Part shown: positions 1-11,928 of the stretch, in pieces | How positions within the stretch are numbered: position 1 is the first letter of the stretch | Layout of the letters: the number at the start of each line of letters is the position of its first letter | Origin: Dudresnaya verticillata | Taxonomy: Eukaryota | Direction of reading: 5' to 3' | Assembly: GCA_977862235.1 (NCBI GenBank) | Contig: OZ374559.1 | Coordinates: forward strand, 372,001 to 436,000 | Length of the DNA: 64,000 nt | Translations under genes and position numbers: made by a program | Notes under the pieces: model-generated | Told to the model about the DNA's origin: nothing | Databases searched by the model: none | Seen by the model: only the letters and a program-made list of their open reading frames with translations

Positions 1-401
1 TAGAGGAAGAGGAGTCATGTCTTTTATCGCGTTTCCGCGATTTTCTGTTTCTCCTCTTTCGGCGGCGGTGTTGGCTGTCCTCTGAGCTGCCCTCATTAGA
101 TTCCGTACCGGATTGATTGCGTCGTCGCTGGGTGTGGGCGCCCATGTGCGACCGACGGGGCGGGTCAGAGCGGGGTTTCGGGCATCTCGATTATGCCGAC
201 CTCGACCGGTCCTCCGGCTCCGATGGGGTGAGCTGGACGCATCGCTGAGATGGTCGCTGCCTCCACCTGATCGAACAGGAACGGCATAGCGCTCTTGCTG
301 ATAGCGCCCTGGCGTAGGAACATCTACGTGTCCAGGAGAATACCGTGATGGTGGCTGAGTGTGTGTTGGTCCCGTAGGGGCGTATTGATGGTGCGAATCC
401 G

Positions 402-1001
402 TTACGGGAGCCGGTGGTAGTTGCCCTGAGGGTACTGTACCCAGCTAAAATCCAATAACGGGGGTTTTTGCGGCTGCTGCGTTCTTCCCTCGACCGGGAA
501 GTCATTCCGTAACGGTGGTTGCTCAGTAAAAGCTTCCGTAGCGGGAGGCCTTGCCATGCCGGGAGCAATCTGGCTCTCGAGCTCGGCGGCCACCTTTTCC
601 TGTAGGATCAAAGCTTGCACTATCCGAGGAAGGTGCTGCTCCAGATAGGAATTAACCAAAGACGGAACAGTTTCCGGGAGGGATATCTCCACCTCTTTTA
701 CCATTCCAGGTTGTACTTCCAATCGGAGATGCTCTAACACAAACACCCTAGGAAGGACCTCCGACCGGACCCAGTGGACCCGATGGGATTCCGGCTTGGG
801 TTGCGGAGCTGCCTTCTTCGAGGCGTCTGATCCGATACGGGAACGGGGAGCTTTACCAGCAGCACCCTTAAGGATGTCTTCTGGGTTCTCCACTCCGGAA
901 CGGATTTCACCTCCTTCACTGCGCAGACTTCGTGCAGCGGGGGTAGTGTCACCCACTTTAGGTTCCGTAACGGGAGGGCCTGCGTGTTCTTCGTTCTGCA
1001 T
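402..1001 (-). pseudogene. gag: Probable N-terminal part of Gag (frameshifted downstream)
   Basis: First long ORF after the PBS. It is low-complexity with a helical segment, and no diagnostic motif is visible, so the call is positional. Confidence 0.5.
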
Positions 1002-1127
1002 GATACCTTAACGGAACACAACGGTTGTTCTCGCTTGTCTATCCAATATTCCGTAACGGGTTGTCGGTACAGCCGAGTTCCTACCGTAGCGGATTTCGAC
1101 GGCTGTTTCTTCCAACCGTGACGGTGT

Positions 1128-1144
1128 TCTAGGTCGGGAGACCA
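1128..1144 (-). promoter_or_regulatory. Primer-binding site TGGTCTCCCGACCTAGA (possibly tRNA-Tyr)
   Basis: Starts with TGG 5 nt inside the LTR end and is identical to 25270-25286. Its first 10 nt complement CGGGAGACCA, which I recall as the yeast tRNA-Tyr 3' end, so the tRNA assignment is inference. Confidence 0.75.
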
Positions 1145-1149
1145 AAAGA

Positions 1150-1846
1150 TGTGGTGTAGTGAAAACCCACGAACTCCGTAACGGACAGCTGGCCTAACTT
1201 TCCTACACGGGACGAGAGCGACACTACCTCCACGGGGTGGTAGAGCAGTTCGCACCGAGATGGGAGAACAGCGAGCGGCTAACCGAGACGGATATTGGGA
1301 AGCAACAGACAAGGGGGTGGTACAAGTGCCGGGTCGGACTCCGTAACGGTGGTGGTGGTAGACCGCAACGGACTCGGCGCGGGGAAAACCGTAAAGGAAA
1401 GAGCTACAGTGGGATTGAGGCTCAAGGGTTGCTTGCCCGTTTACCCTAGGAGCCGCTGCGGTGCCGCCCTGATATACAAGTCAGGGTGGCACTGAGCGGT
1501 CCGGTCCATGGGGGCCAGACCCTAGTGGTCTGGTCCTATGGTGGAATTGGCCCTGCTGGTCCCAACCTCCGACACGGACATGCGCAGCATTCTCATTGGC
1601 TGGCGCGCTACTCTACATACTGTACCGATACTCACTAAAAATAAAGAATAAATACTACAAATACTCCGCTACGGTTGGTGCTCTCCGCTTACAGTACAGC
1701 GATGCGTACCAGTGCACAGTAATGCGCACACACCCGACACGGCTACGCACGTTGCCAGATCATCAGCGTGGCGTATTGCCACATCACCCGTTACGGTTGG
1801 CTCGCCATCGGCGTGCGGCATGCGCGCCACGGCTCACTTCACCACA
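1150..1846 (-). repeat. 5' LTR, family H
   Basis: TG...CA termini with a 7-bp inverted repeat. It is colinear with, but diverged from, 4985-5658. Confidence 0.85.
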
Positions 1847-2297
1847 GCGGGGAGTCCTCCCGACAACGTCGAATGCTGACGGATACACCGGCGCCGCCGA
1901 AGGCGCAGCCACTTGCCGGCCGTTCCAAAGTTGAGTCAATTACGCCCAAGGCGGAAACAAACAAATACACGTCAACTACGTTGGACCGATTACGCCAAAG
2001 GCGGAACTCAAAGACACGCCCTAGGCGGTGGGTGCACGAACGCGTGCACAGATACGACGTCAACGACGGGGTTTCACGCATGCCACTGGCGAAGTTAGCC
2101 AACCGTACGTCTTCGACGGGAAACGTTTTTACGCCAAAGGCGGGGGATGCTGAACGTGCGTTTTCGACGGGGCTCAAAAAATGCCAAGGCGGGCAAGTGC
2201 AAACGCGTAGGCGCGGATGACCGAGGCGACCGGCACAGAAGCAGGAAAGCAGGAAGGCCGAAGCAGGTTGACGTGTTCGCGTTTTCGGAGGGTGTCG

Positions 2298-3216
2298 TGT
2301 AGTGCCAGGGGGTCTCCCTTTTTCGCTTTCAGCGGGTTGATATTCCCGCGTCTACCGACGGGCGACCGCCAACGGCGCGCTCAACCCCCCCGCGGCGCAA
2401 ACACGTCACCAACGCGTGCCGCTGACCACCCGGGCCAGAACGGCTCATTTGGCGTACAGACCGCACGCCCGACCCCGGAGCACTGTACGGCGCCACGCGT
2501 GCGCGCATGGCACAGTGGCAGGAACGTTCGCTGTAAGCGTGGCCCGGATCCGGATCCAATCGGGATCTCACATCGAGATCAGACATCGGGATCAAGAGGT
2601 GTAAGACACGAGCCTGTAAGCCTGGCGCATCCGCATGGCTGGCCCGAATCCAGATTGGATCGGGATTAGTACGAATCGAGATCGCACGCTCCGCAGGACG
2701 CATGCGGCTGTAAGGAGGTACATCCACGTGTGTGTGTAAGGACTCGAGTGAGCTACGCGTGACCTGTCAGACGCGCGGCTGCATGACGGACGGATCTGTC
2801 AGTCGCGCCTCGGGACAACACGTGTCCCGAGTTCCCGCGCGGCGCGCGCGCCCGCTCCGCCGCCGCTAGGTAGTTCTATACTTAGTTGATCCGTCCCAGA
2901 CGTTGAGGTAAACTCCCGGCAAGCCAGCCCTGGTCTAGACTACCCTTTTCGCGCTATGCGTACCTACTCGCTAGCCTTGAGGCTCAAGCGTCTGACCTAC
3001 CGCGCTTCCGCGTCCGCACTGCGTCCACGACATGTTTCTCTTTGCCCTCCCTTTTTCCCTTTTGTTTTCTTCTTTTCCCTTTTACCGCCCAGGGCTTTTA
3101 CAGTCCGCCCTTGGCGAGTTCCCTTAGCTCTACCACCCTACCCACTTCCGGAGGCTACCCACCGGACTACGAACGGTCCGGAGGTGCAGTTCGTCATCGG
3201 ACGCGTTTGCACCACA
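2298..3216 (+). repeat. 3' LTR, family A (gypsy-type); 1847-2297 is the element's 3' internal region
   Basis: TGTAGTGC...GCACCACA termini and high similarity to 23592-24493. It is preceded by a PPT-like GGAGGGTGTCG and its flanks do not match (TGTCG/GTGCG), so it is not a solo LTR. Confidence 0.8.
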
Positions 3217-3464
3217 GTGCGGACAGGAGGTCGGTACCATGTATGGCGTAGCGTAGTAGCCATGAGGAGGTGGTGCCGATACTTGTTCCGAATAAGCAGG
3301 CGTACTGGAGCTGTAAGGCGCTGGTGCGACATAGGGTAGCGAAGAATACGGTGCCTGCGGCGGGGGTCGTGGGGGGGGGCCGGTATTGTGTCTGCACCGG
3401 GTGCGGTGCTTGCACCGCGGGAGGGTGATACGGTGGTTGCCTCGGATGCGCTGCTTGCGCTGGG

Positions 3465-4364
3465 TGTCGTGCAAGGGAGGTGAGCCCCTTTTTCGCTGAA
3501 AACGGAGCAACAAATACGTCGACCGACGGAGAAACCGCCACCGGCGCTCACCACCGCCGTTGGCGCGCGAACACGTCATCGACGGCTCACTGGGGCACGC
3601 GCGCACGTTGCGCGCCGTGCGCCATGCGGGCACTGTACGGTGATGGGCCGACATGGCGCCCCGGGGCACTGTAACACGGATCCAGATGGGATCCGGATCC
3701 AGTATCCAGATTGGCTATCTGGATCGCCTACGCTGTAAGGTACGCGCCTGTAGCTGCGAGAGCTCGCATTGCTGGCCCGGATCCGGATGGGGATCGGGAT
3801 CGGACAAGTATCGGATTAGATCAAGGGCGCACGCTCTACAGTACACGTGCGCGCACAGCTGTAAGGCGCACGCGTCCACGTGTGTATGTAAGCGCTCACG
3901 CAGGGGGTTGCGCGGCAACCTGTCAGGTGCCCGGCTGCATACGATGGGTGATCTGTCAGACGCGCCTCGGGACGACACGTGTCCCGAGTTCCCGTGCTAC
4001 GCACACGCACCACCGCCGCCGCGCCGCCGTACTATACTCAGGTAAGCCGTCCCAGACGTAGCAGTAAACGCCCGGGCAAGCCGGCCTTGGTCCAGACTTC
4101 CCCGTTCCGCACGCGCATACCCTACCGCTGCCTACGGCCTAAGCGTCTACCTCCCGTGCTTCCACGTCCATCACCGTCTTTGACGTGTTTCCTTTTTGTT
4201 CCATTTTCCTTTCTTTCCGCCTCGGGCGTCTACAGTCCGCCCAAGGCGTGTCAACTGCTCTACCACAAGCCGCCCAAGGCGAGGCTACTCACCGCCACGG
4301 GCGACGCTACCCTCCGAGCCCCGAACTGCTCGGCGGTGTTCCGTCTTCAGACGTTTGCACCACA
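3465..4364 (+). mobile_element. Solo LTR, family A subtype 2 (900 bp)
   Basis: TGTCGTGCAA...TTGCACCACA, TSD CTGGG (3460-3464, 4365-4369). Near copy of 36184-37085. Confidence 0.92.
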
Positions 4365-4984
4365 CTGGGGGCGGCTGATACGGTGGCTGCGCTGGGTGCA
4401 CTGCTTGTGACGGGGGCGGGCGATAAGGTGGCTGTGCCGGATGCGGGGCTTGCGCAGGAGGAGGCGGGTATTGGGGTGCGTACGGTGGTTGCTGCCTGTA
4501 CGGGTACAGTTAGGCTCGTCTTTCGCGTCTGCTGCCCAAGCTGCCAGATGGGCTGGGTCGGTGGAAGGAGCGGGAGAGGGGTGGGAGAGATGCAGAGAGA
4601 TCGCGGAGGGGTGGATGACGGTGGTGATAGCGACACGGCGCGCTGTGGGTGGGGTACCGCGAGCTGAGTTCTTGATCGGGCAGGCTGTGCTTTTGCGCGC
4701 GCACTTTGGTCGGCACGTTTACCGATGTCTGCTGGTCTGCCGGGCTGGGCCCCACCATTTTGCCGCCCTTTTGGGTCACGCTCCCACGCGTTGTCACGAC
4801 AAGCGGCGCAGTCGAGAAGACAGGCATCGTGTCGGTGACGGCGAGCGCCGGCCGAGCAGCGAGGGAGGAGACCGGTGAGGGGGCCAATGAGAAGGCGCCA
4901 AGTAATTGGGAGGTGGAGACCGATGGCAATAACGAATTTCTATTGGTGGAGAGGTGGGTGGAGGCCGATGCGCTTTTGGCCCAG

Positions 4985-5658
4985 TGTGGTGAAGCGGCCG
5001 TATCGGAGTGTCGACGACGGTTGAGCCGACTCGCGACCGGCGCGCCGGTGAGCTGGCGCCAAAAGCCGAAGCGGAGTGCGACGACACAGTAGCACTGTAT
5101 ACTCTGCTGGAGTCTGCGCGCACCACCAATAGGAGCCAAGTAGTTGATTTATATGTAATTAGGTAATTGTAATGATGCTTACAGTATGTAGTGTCAGCCG
5201 GCCAATGAGAATGCCGAGCATGTCCGTAACGGTGACCGGGACCAATAGGGCCGGACCCACCTGGTGGACCAGACCCATTGGGGTCTGGCCCACACGGACC
5301 GGACCGCGGGGCGTATCTCCCAGTACATGAATGGGTGGCCACCGCGAGTCCTACAGTAAACGGGTACGCAACCCTGGGCAAAGTGACTTACCCTAAGCCT
5401 TACCCTCATACTCCTTTACGGTTTCCCCTCGCCAGCCCCGTGCACGGATTCCTCCTACCTCCGTCCCGGTGTAGCTGTCCTGGCACTGTACCATCCCCCT
5501 TGTCTGTTGCGTCCCTTTACTCCTTACAGGTGTTGCCGCTCGAGGTACTCCCTTCGGTCTACGAACTAAGCTCTACCACCCCGGTGCCGTGTGAGATCAC
5601 TCCTTATTGGGATTGCCTGATCCGCTCTCCTTACAGGTGTGCCTTTCACTACACCACA
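4985..5658 (+). mobile_element. Solo LTR, family H (674 bp)
   Basis: TGTGGTG...CACCACA, TSD CCCAG (4980-4984, 5659-5663). The uninterrupted target sequence is visible at ~38950-39060. Confidence 0.92.
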
Positions 5659-6419
5659 CCCAGCCAGAGGGGTGGAGACCGGGGCTGAGGACCAATCAGA
5701 TGCCAGAACGTCTCACCCGTACCATCTCACAAGTACCATCTCACCCAGGGTGAGATGGTACCGCCCCACAACGTGTCTGATAAATGTAATATGCGGGTTC
5801 TTTGTTTAGAAGTGGTCACGCTGCGTGACCACGACGCAGAGTACTACTGTAATGCACTTTGATCATGGTGCGCGCGTGCGTGCCGCCGGCGGTCTGTGTG
5901 GCTTGCGCCCTCGCCAGCCATCTATGTCGTCCGTAGCCGGTCGACACGCGCGCGCGGCGTGAGAGTGGTGTACAATCACCGCTCTGCGGGCACGGCGCGC
6001 AGGGTCGCGGAACGCGGGGAAAGGGGCGCGAGTGGGGCGAAGCGGGGCGAAGCGGGGCGCAAGCGGAGCGAGCGGGTCAGAGAGGTGGGCGAGGTTTATC
6101 GAAGCAAGGGAAGAGGGCTACGGCAGACCACCGCGGCTGACGCAACGGACGTTCTCGTCAACGCTGCTTACTCTTCTACTTCGATCGTACTCTGAGGAGC
6201 GGGGGGTGGTCTGCAGTGGTCAGCGGGGCTTGAAGTAGCCCAGCCAGTTGCAGTCGGGCGCGCGCGTCGCGCGCGGACGGCGCGGTGGTCGCCGACGGCG
6301 GGAGCACTGTAAGGTATCTTACAGTGCGACTCTGCGACACAGATGGGTGCAAATCGACACTCCCCCTGTCGCAGAACGGTCGTCGGCGATGCGCGCATAG
6401 CTAATTTGCATTACACGTA

Positions 6420-6612
6420 GGCGGGAAGAATAGTCGGGCGCAGGGCGGCAATTTCCGGGCCCAAAATCTGGCGCCGAAATCGTGTAGAAATTGCACACTA
6501 TGATAATCATGAGGCGGGCAGATAAATCGGGCCCAGGGCAGCAATTTCGGGGCGGGAAATCGTGCGCCAAATGGTCGGGTAGAAATTACCAACTGTGATA
6601 ATCATCAGGCGG
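6420..6612. repeat. Diverged ~92-bp tandem repeat (about 2 copies) in the copia 3' UTR
   Basis: The unit GGCGGG..ATA..TCGGGC.CAGGGC.GCAATTTC.GGGC...GTAGAAATT...TGATAATCAT.A recurs. Confidence 0.7.
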
Positions 6613-7088
6613 GATATAAGAGGCCACCGGGTGTGCCTTCCTTCCCCTCCCCTGCTCTGCTCACGAACCAACCTGACCGCGTAGCACCCTATGGCGTCCT
6701 GGTTCGCTTGTGGACACACTCGTCTTCACTCAAATGGTAGCTTGCTACCACTCCTTCTTGCCGATTGACCCATGCGGCGGGCTACAAGACACCTATGTTG
6801 TGCCGGTCCGCAGATTCGCGCTCAACCTTGCGGGGGAAACCCCAATGGGAGAGGTCCAATTCCTTAACGCCATCCAAACGTCGTATGGGTCGGGGCCCAA
6901 AAGGCTTCGTGCCGGGTCCCAGCTGCAAGTTGGAGGGCTCCAACCATCTTGGACGCTTGGGGTGTTTGCAACGTCTTCTTCTTGTTCGTGGGTATGCGAA
7001 ACTATGCGAGACTTGCGAAAATGCCTCAGAATACTGACAGTTTCTTTCTTCTTTGCGCGAACGGTAATGCGGTCATCATGCGTCTCTG

Positions 7089-10000
7089 CTATTTGCGAAC
7101 GATCCACTGCTCCGGCTGAATGTTTAGCGAACCGGAAACAACAACTTCTCGCAACTGTGCCTGACTCATCATCTTCGTCAAGCCATCAGCGATGTTGGAG
7201 CTACTGCGGACAAACCCGATGTCCGAGATCGTCTTATCGCGGAACCCTTCGCGTGCCGCAGCGATGTCAAGCATCATCCTCTTCTCAGATGTTCTGGAGC
7301 CTTTGGATATGACGTCGAAGAGACTCTTGCTGTCGGTTAGAAGTTGGACCGGGACAGTCTTGTTGAGAAGAACTCCAAGCTCACCTGCGATGGCGATGTC
7401 GAACATGTCGGAGAATGCTATAACTTCCCCGGACATTGCTGAGCGAGTCCCCGTCTTGACTGGTGCGACTTGAAGCTGACCGGGACTGAAGATCCACTGT
7501 CGTCAGTGAGAAGTACAACGTGGCCAAGCTGGGATCTGAGATCCCTGTTGTTAGCGAACGAGGCATCCGAGAATCCAACCACCTTAATGGTGTCTTCCTT
7601 CAACCTTGGGACGCGTAGGCGGACTCGATGGTCAACCGCGTACGTTACAGCCGTTTTGAGACGTCTGATATTGGCTTGCCTGTTCTTGAAGAAGTATTCC
7701 TCTGTGATTTGTGCGAGCTGAGATACTTCGAAAAGGCAGTCAGGGCGTGAGTTAGACAACCATGACAGCTTCATGCGCATGGACCGGAATTCGCGAAAGG
7801 TTGCATCTGGGTGCAGACATTCCAGCTTGCGGAGGTACACGTTTTGGTTGATGTACATTGTGCCATCCTTATCGCGATGGATGACAAATCCTGTGAACTC
7901 TGCTGGAATCTTGGACTCGTCCGTCATCTCGAAGCGTGCGTTGGTTTGCTGCGAGAGTTTTCGAAACTTTTCGGTTCCGCAGCGGAAGAGGTCGTCAACA
8001 TAGCACCCACTCAAGCCTTGTAGTACCCGTTCACTCAGCAGGTAGTACAGTGCGGGATCAATGCGCATCGGCTTCATTCCAAACTCAAGTCGGTGGTGCT
8101 TGTCAAGCGTGATATGCCACAGATCTCCTGCATCGCATAGTCCATGTAGCGGCTTCAAGAGTTGAAGACACTGGTCAGGCTCAAGTTCAAACTCTGCAGC
8201 GGGGTTGCCGATGAACACGTTTCGTGCCAATGGTTCGGAAGCTTGAAGATAGGCTTGCCTGATATCTGCCGTCCAGATGTCAAAGCCAAAGATGCCTGCC
8301 AACACAAGAAGCAGTCTTACTGACTGAGGTTGCAAGCTTGTCGTGGAGTGCACCATCATGTCCTTCATCTTGTCTCGATGGCCTCCAATGACGTATCGGG
8401 CCTTATAATTGATCTTGCCGTCCAGCGAGGACTTGATCGCGAGTACAAATCTGCAGGGAAGAACATTCACGTCTCTTGGGATGTCTTCCTTGAGTATCAC
8501 CTTGAACGTACCGCGCTGCATGAGGTTGTGGAGTTCTACCTTCTTGGATTCAGTGATCTCGTAGTGCTTGGCTCGTGCATCGTTCGGATCAAGCACTTCC
8601 GTCATGAATATCCCATGCGCTTCCATCTTCGGGGACTTGAACGGGTTCAGACTTTTGTCGATGTCTGCCCTGAAGGTTTGTGCAAGAAGTTCGGGGTGAA
8701 GTATGGTTTCACCTGCGTGACGCTCAAGGGCCGAGCGGGACTTCCTTCGATGTCTCGGATGAACACAAGCTTCTTGGAGTAGTCAACTGATTCTACTTCG
8801 AAGGGTCCGAGCCATTCCCCAATGCGGTTGGCAATGATCTTCTCGCGAAATACAAGAACGCGATCACCAGGCTCATAGCTGCGCTCGGAAGCAGGTGGGA
8901 CAGCGTAATGAAGAGCTCGTCTGTCCTTGAGCTCAGCCATCCGCTTATTCATCTCCTCACGAGCAGCTGTAGCAATAGAAGCGAGTTCAGCTACCGTGGG
9001 TCGAGGTCCGGGTTCTTCAGAAAAGGTGGCAATTTGTTGAAATTCTCCAAAGACATGAGCAGAAGGTACTAGGCCTTCGGGTCCAAGGGTATCGTTCATT
9101 GCCTTCACTGATGAAGCTAGAAGAATCTCCTTGCCTGCATGCGGGTAAGCATGTCGGAGCTTGCGGGATGTCGTTCGCAGCGGCTCATGGTATCTCTCGC
9201 ACAGTCCAAGACTGGAGTGGGCTTCAATGTCGGTGCGGTTGACTTCAACGTTGTTGACTTGGGCTATGTGGATGAACTGTTGTCCAAACTGTGAGCCTTG
9301 GTCAGTGAGAATGCTGTTCGGACGTCCACAGTAGACGAGAGCCCAGCATGACATCAAGGTTGTCCAGATCGTCTGCGTCGACACATCAGGGAGGAATCGT
9401 GCGGCGCTGAACTTCGTGGCTTCGTCAACGATGTGGAGAACAGGCGCTGATTCAAGTGACATGATGTCAATGAGGATGAGTTCATTGAATCTTAAGTCTT
9501 CGGCACCAAACGATACACGGAAACGATGAGGAGCGTGTTGTATTCGTTGACACGGGTCGCAACGTTTCGCGATGTCTTTGAGCGTTTCCAGTGTTTGAGG
9601 TGTAGCTTCCTATGGACGTGCTCGCTTGATAAGGTTGTAAAGCTTCTGTGCGCTTACATGGAAGAACTGTCGGTGAAGTCTTCGCAACTGTGGACGCGTG
9701 AAGTAGCTGGCTGTCGAGAAGTGCATCTGAGCATACAAGTGGTTGCTTCCAGAGCGGGTCAACGGCACCTGCCATTCGTTGAAGTGCACCAGCTTCCCTT
9801 CTTTGTCGGTGTGTCTCGTACGCTTGATGAGTTGGTTCGAGACAGTGCATGGAGTCAAGGAGTGTTTGTCCAGTACGTCCATGCCAAGAAGTGCGGGGAT
9901 GTCGGCTTCAACAATGTCCATTTTAACGTCGATGTTGCTTATGCCTGGTGGGGTCAACAGCGGTATGGAAATGCGACCGAGTGACTCGTACGTGGCGTCG

Positions 10001-10276
10001 GCAAAGCGAAACCTGTTGCGTGAGGGCATCCAGAGAAGAAGCATAACCAAACGAGACTGACAAGTCCTTTGTTCTTCTGCTCAGTGTCTGAGAGGCTGAC
10101 TTTGTCCCAATGCTTTTGGGGGACATCATCAAACTCGTAGAGTCGGGCCACCTCAAACAGACTGTGACTGGGAAAGTAGGCACCTCGAAGAAGTCTTCTG
10201 TGAAGATCTTCTTGGGCAGCGGTAGAAGCTCCATCGCAAATCTTGCGGCCTTCTCGGTAGGAGGCTTGACTTCCAC
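7089..10276 (-). pseudogene. pol: Copia pol: protease C-terminus/pre-integrase, integrase, RT, RNase H; frameshifted and internally deleted
   Basis: VEADIPALLGMD and QLRRLHRQFFH (9610-10050). LHIVDEAT, TDQGSQF and CERYH (8647-9462). YKARYV, DIRQAYLQ, YVDD and FSDASF (7418-8626). TDSKSL and NIADGLTK (7089-7436). Confidence 0.9.
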
Positions 10277-10321
10277 GTCTTCGTAATCTCCTGTACTGCT
10301 CGCTGGGACATCTGAAAGCCC

Positions 10322-10765
10322 GAAAGGGGGTCTAAGTTAGTCTATGATTACAGGTACGTAGGTTAGTACAGTCAGTACGAATCAAAAGGGGGAATGCATT
10401 CCAGTTAGGGGACTTGGTGGCGGATACGCCGGTGTGCAAGCCGAGGTCCCGGCTGCACTGTCGATACCCTGAGCGCAGAGGTGCTCCTCGTTCGTGAGTA
10501 GGAGCGCAGCGGCGCGTCATAAATCAACCAATACGAGGTGTTCAATTGGCGTCATTACAATGCCACGTGTACGCCACGTGTATAGCTGTAAGTCCACGTG
10601 TACAGCTGTAGGGCCATGTATACACACGTGTACACACGTGTATTCCACGTGTCATCCACGTGTACAGCGATGAAAGGACAGCTGTCCTGATTAAGGGACA
10701 GTCTGTCCCGCGAAAAGGAGTGCGCTCCTGTAAGCCCTTCTGCTGACAGCGTCCATACTGCCACA
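10322..10765 (-). repeat. Truncated LTR-like insertion (family J) interrupting the copia 5' LTR
   Basis: Begins TGTGGCA on the minus strand exactly where the family B LTR match stops. It is rich in CACGTG/CAGCTG motifs like family G LTRs. The left boundary is approximate and there is no second terminus. Confidence 0.55.
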
Positions 10766-11125
10766 GTGGTCTGCAGTGGTCAGCGGGGCTTGAAGTAGCC
10801 CAGCCAGGTGCAGTCGGGCGCGCGCGTCGCGCGCGGACGGCGCGGTGGTCGCCGACGGCGGGAGCACTGTAAGGTATCTTACAGTGCGACTCTGCGACAC
10901 AGATGGGTGCAAATCGACAATCTAGGCACCTCTCGTCAGTGAGCGGAGAGGGGGGCCGGTCCATTTCGTAAAATGCTTTTTCGAATACTTATAGGCCGCA
11001 CGTCCCGACAGACCACCCGCCCACCCGCCATTGCGCGCTCCTAAGGCCGCCGAACCAAGTATGATAAATGCTGTACGTGCCTAATGTTTCGTCCCCTCCG
11101 AATTCCTGTATTATGGAGGTGTAGA

Positions 11126-11761
11126 TGTCGTACTTCCACAGTACTGACTGCTCGACGGAGCAGGACTGTTACGGATAAAGTCATATTGACTTCTAAGGGC
11201 TGCTACGGACAGCAAAAGCAGGCCGACGGCCTGATATTCATACAGTGGAGGAGTCGAAAGGCAGCAGAGGTATTATTGATACCTCTATCCTCCTCCACTA
11301 TAGAATATGGGCCAGGTCACCCATGCAGTTTACTTTACCGTCGCTTAGACAAACATTGGACAGCGAGGCCAACTCCACGCTGTAGGACTAGCTTCTATTT
11401 GGTAGTGTTTAGACCCATTCGTTTTTTTATTTGGTAGTGTTTAGACCCATTCCTGGGTGGCGCCCTCTAATTTACCCCTCTCCGTTTAGTTTTACACAGT
11501 CAAGCCTAGCGCTGCAGGACTATAAAGTTGCCGTGAACCGGGAAGCTCCCTACTTCCCGACACCAAGAATTTTACCAACTGCACCTCGCCAGAACTTCGT
11601 CAGCTCACCGGCCGCCGTCGCTATCTACCCGGCACTATACGCACCGGCCCCCGCGTGTGTCCCGTCCCCTCCCGACTACATACCGTCGAGTAGGGCCGGT
11701 TATCATCCCAACACCAAGACCCATCCACCTCCGTGGACAAACCCAAGCCGATTTGACGACA
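11126..11761 (+). repeat. 5' LTR, family C
   Basis: Near-identical to 37480-37637 plus 38480-38946. TATAAA at 11521. Confidence 0.92.
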
Positions 11762-11928
11762 ATCCGGATTATACGTCGATCGAAAGAATACTTCTTTTAT
11801 TGTTTGTTTCGGGCTACTGTTTCTTCAAGGAATTAACCACTGACTGGTATTCCTTAGAGTAGCAACCCTCAGAATTTTTCTGGTCTATCATAGACAACAA
11901 ACGGTATTAGAAATCAGTAAGTTGATAC

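Larger units (their letters stand above)
1..1846 (-). mobile_element. 5' end of a Ty3/gypsy LTR retrotransposon (family H), running off the window start
   Basis: LTR 1150-1846 has TGTGGTG...CACCACA termini and is homologous to the solo LTR at 4985-5658. On the minus strand it is followed by the same 17-nt PBS as gypsy element E and then a gag-like ORF. Confidence 0.8.
5774..10919 (-). mobile_element. Decayed Ty1/copia retrotransposon (family B)
   Basis: Direct repeat 6206-6359 / 10766-10919, each starting TGTCGA on the minus strand, with PPT GGGGGAG directly before the 3' LTR. Domain order is PR-INT-RT-RH. The left boundary is uncertain and no TSD was found. Confidence 0.8.

Noticed and set aside
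5769..10924. A TSD for copia element B
   Set aside because: The flanks CAACG and ATCTA do not match, so the left boundary remains uncertain.
11762..11780. A canonical PBS for element C
   Set aside because: No TGG-initiated tRNA complement follows the LTR; priming mode and superfamily are left unassigned.
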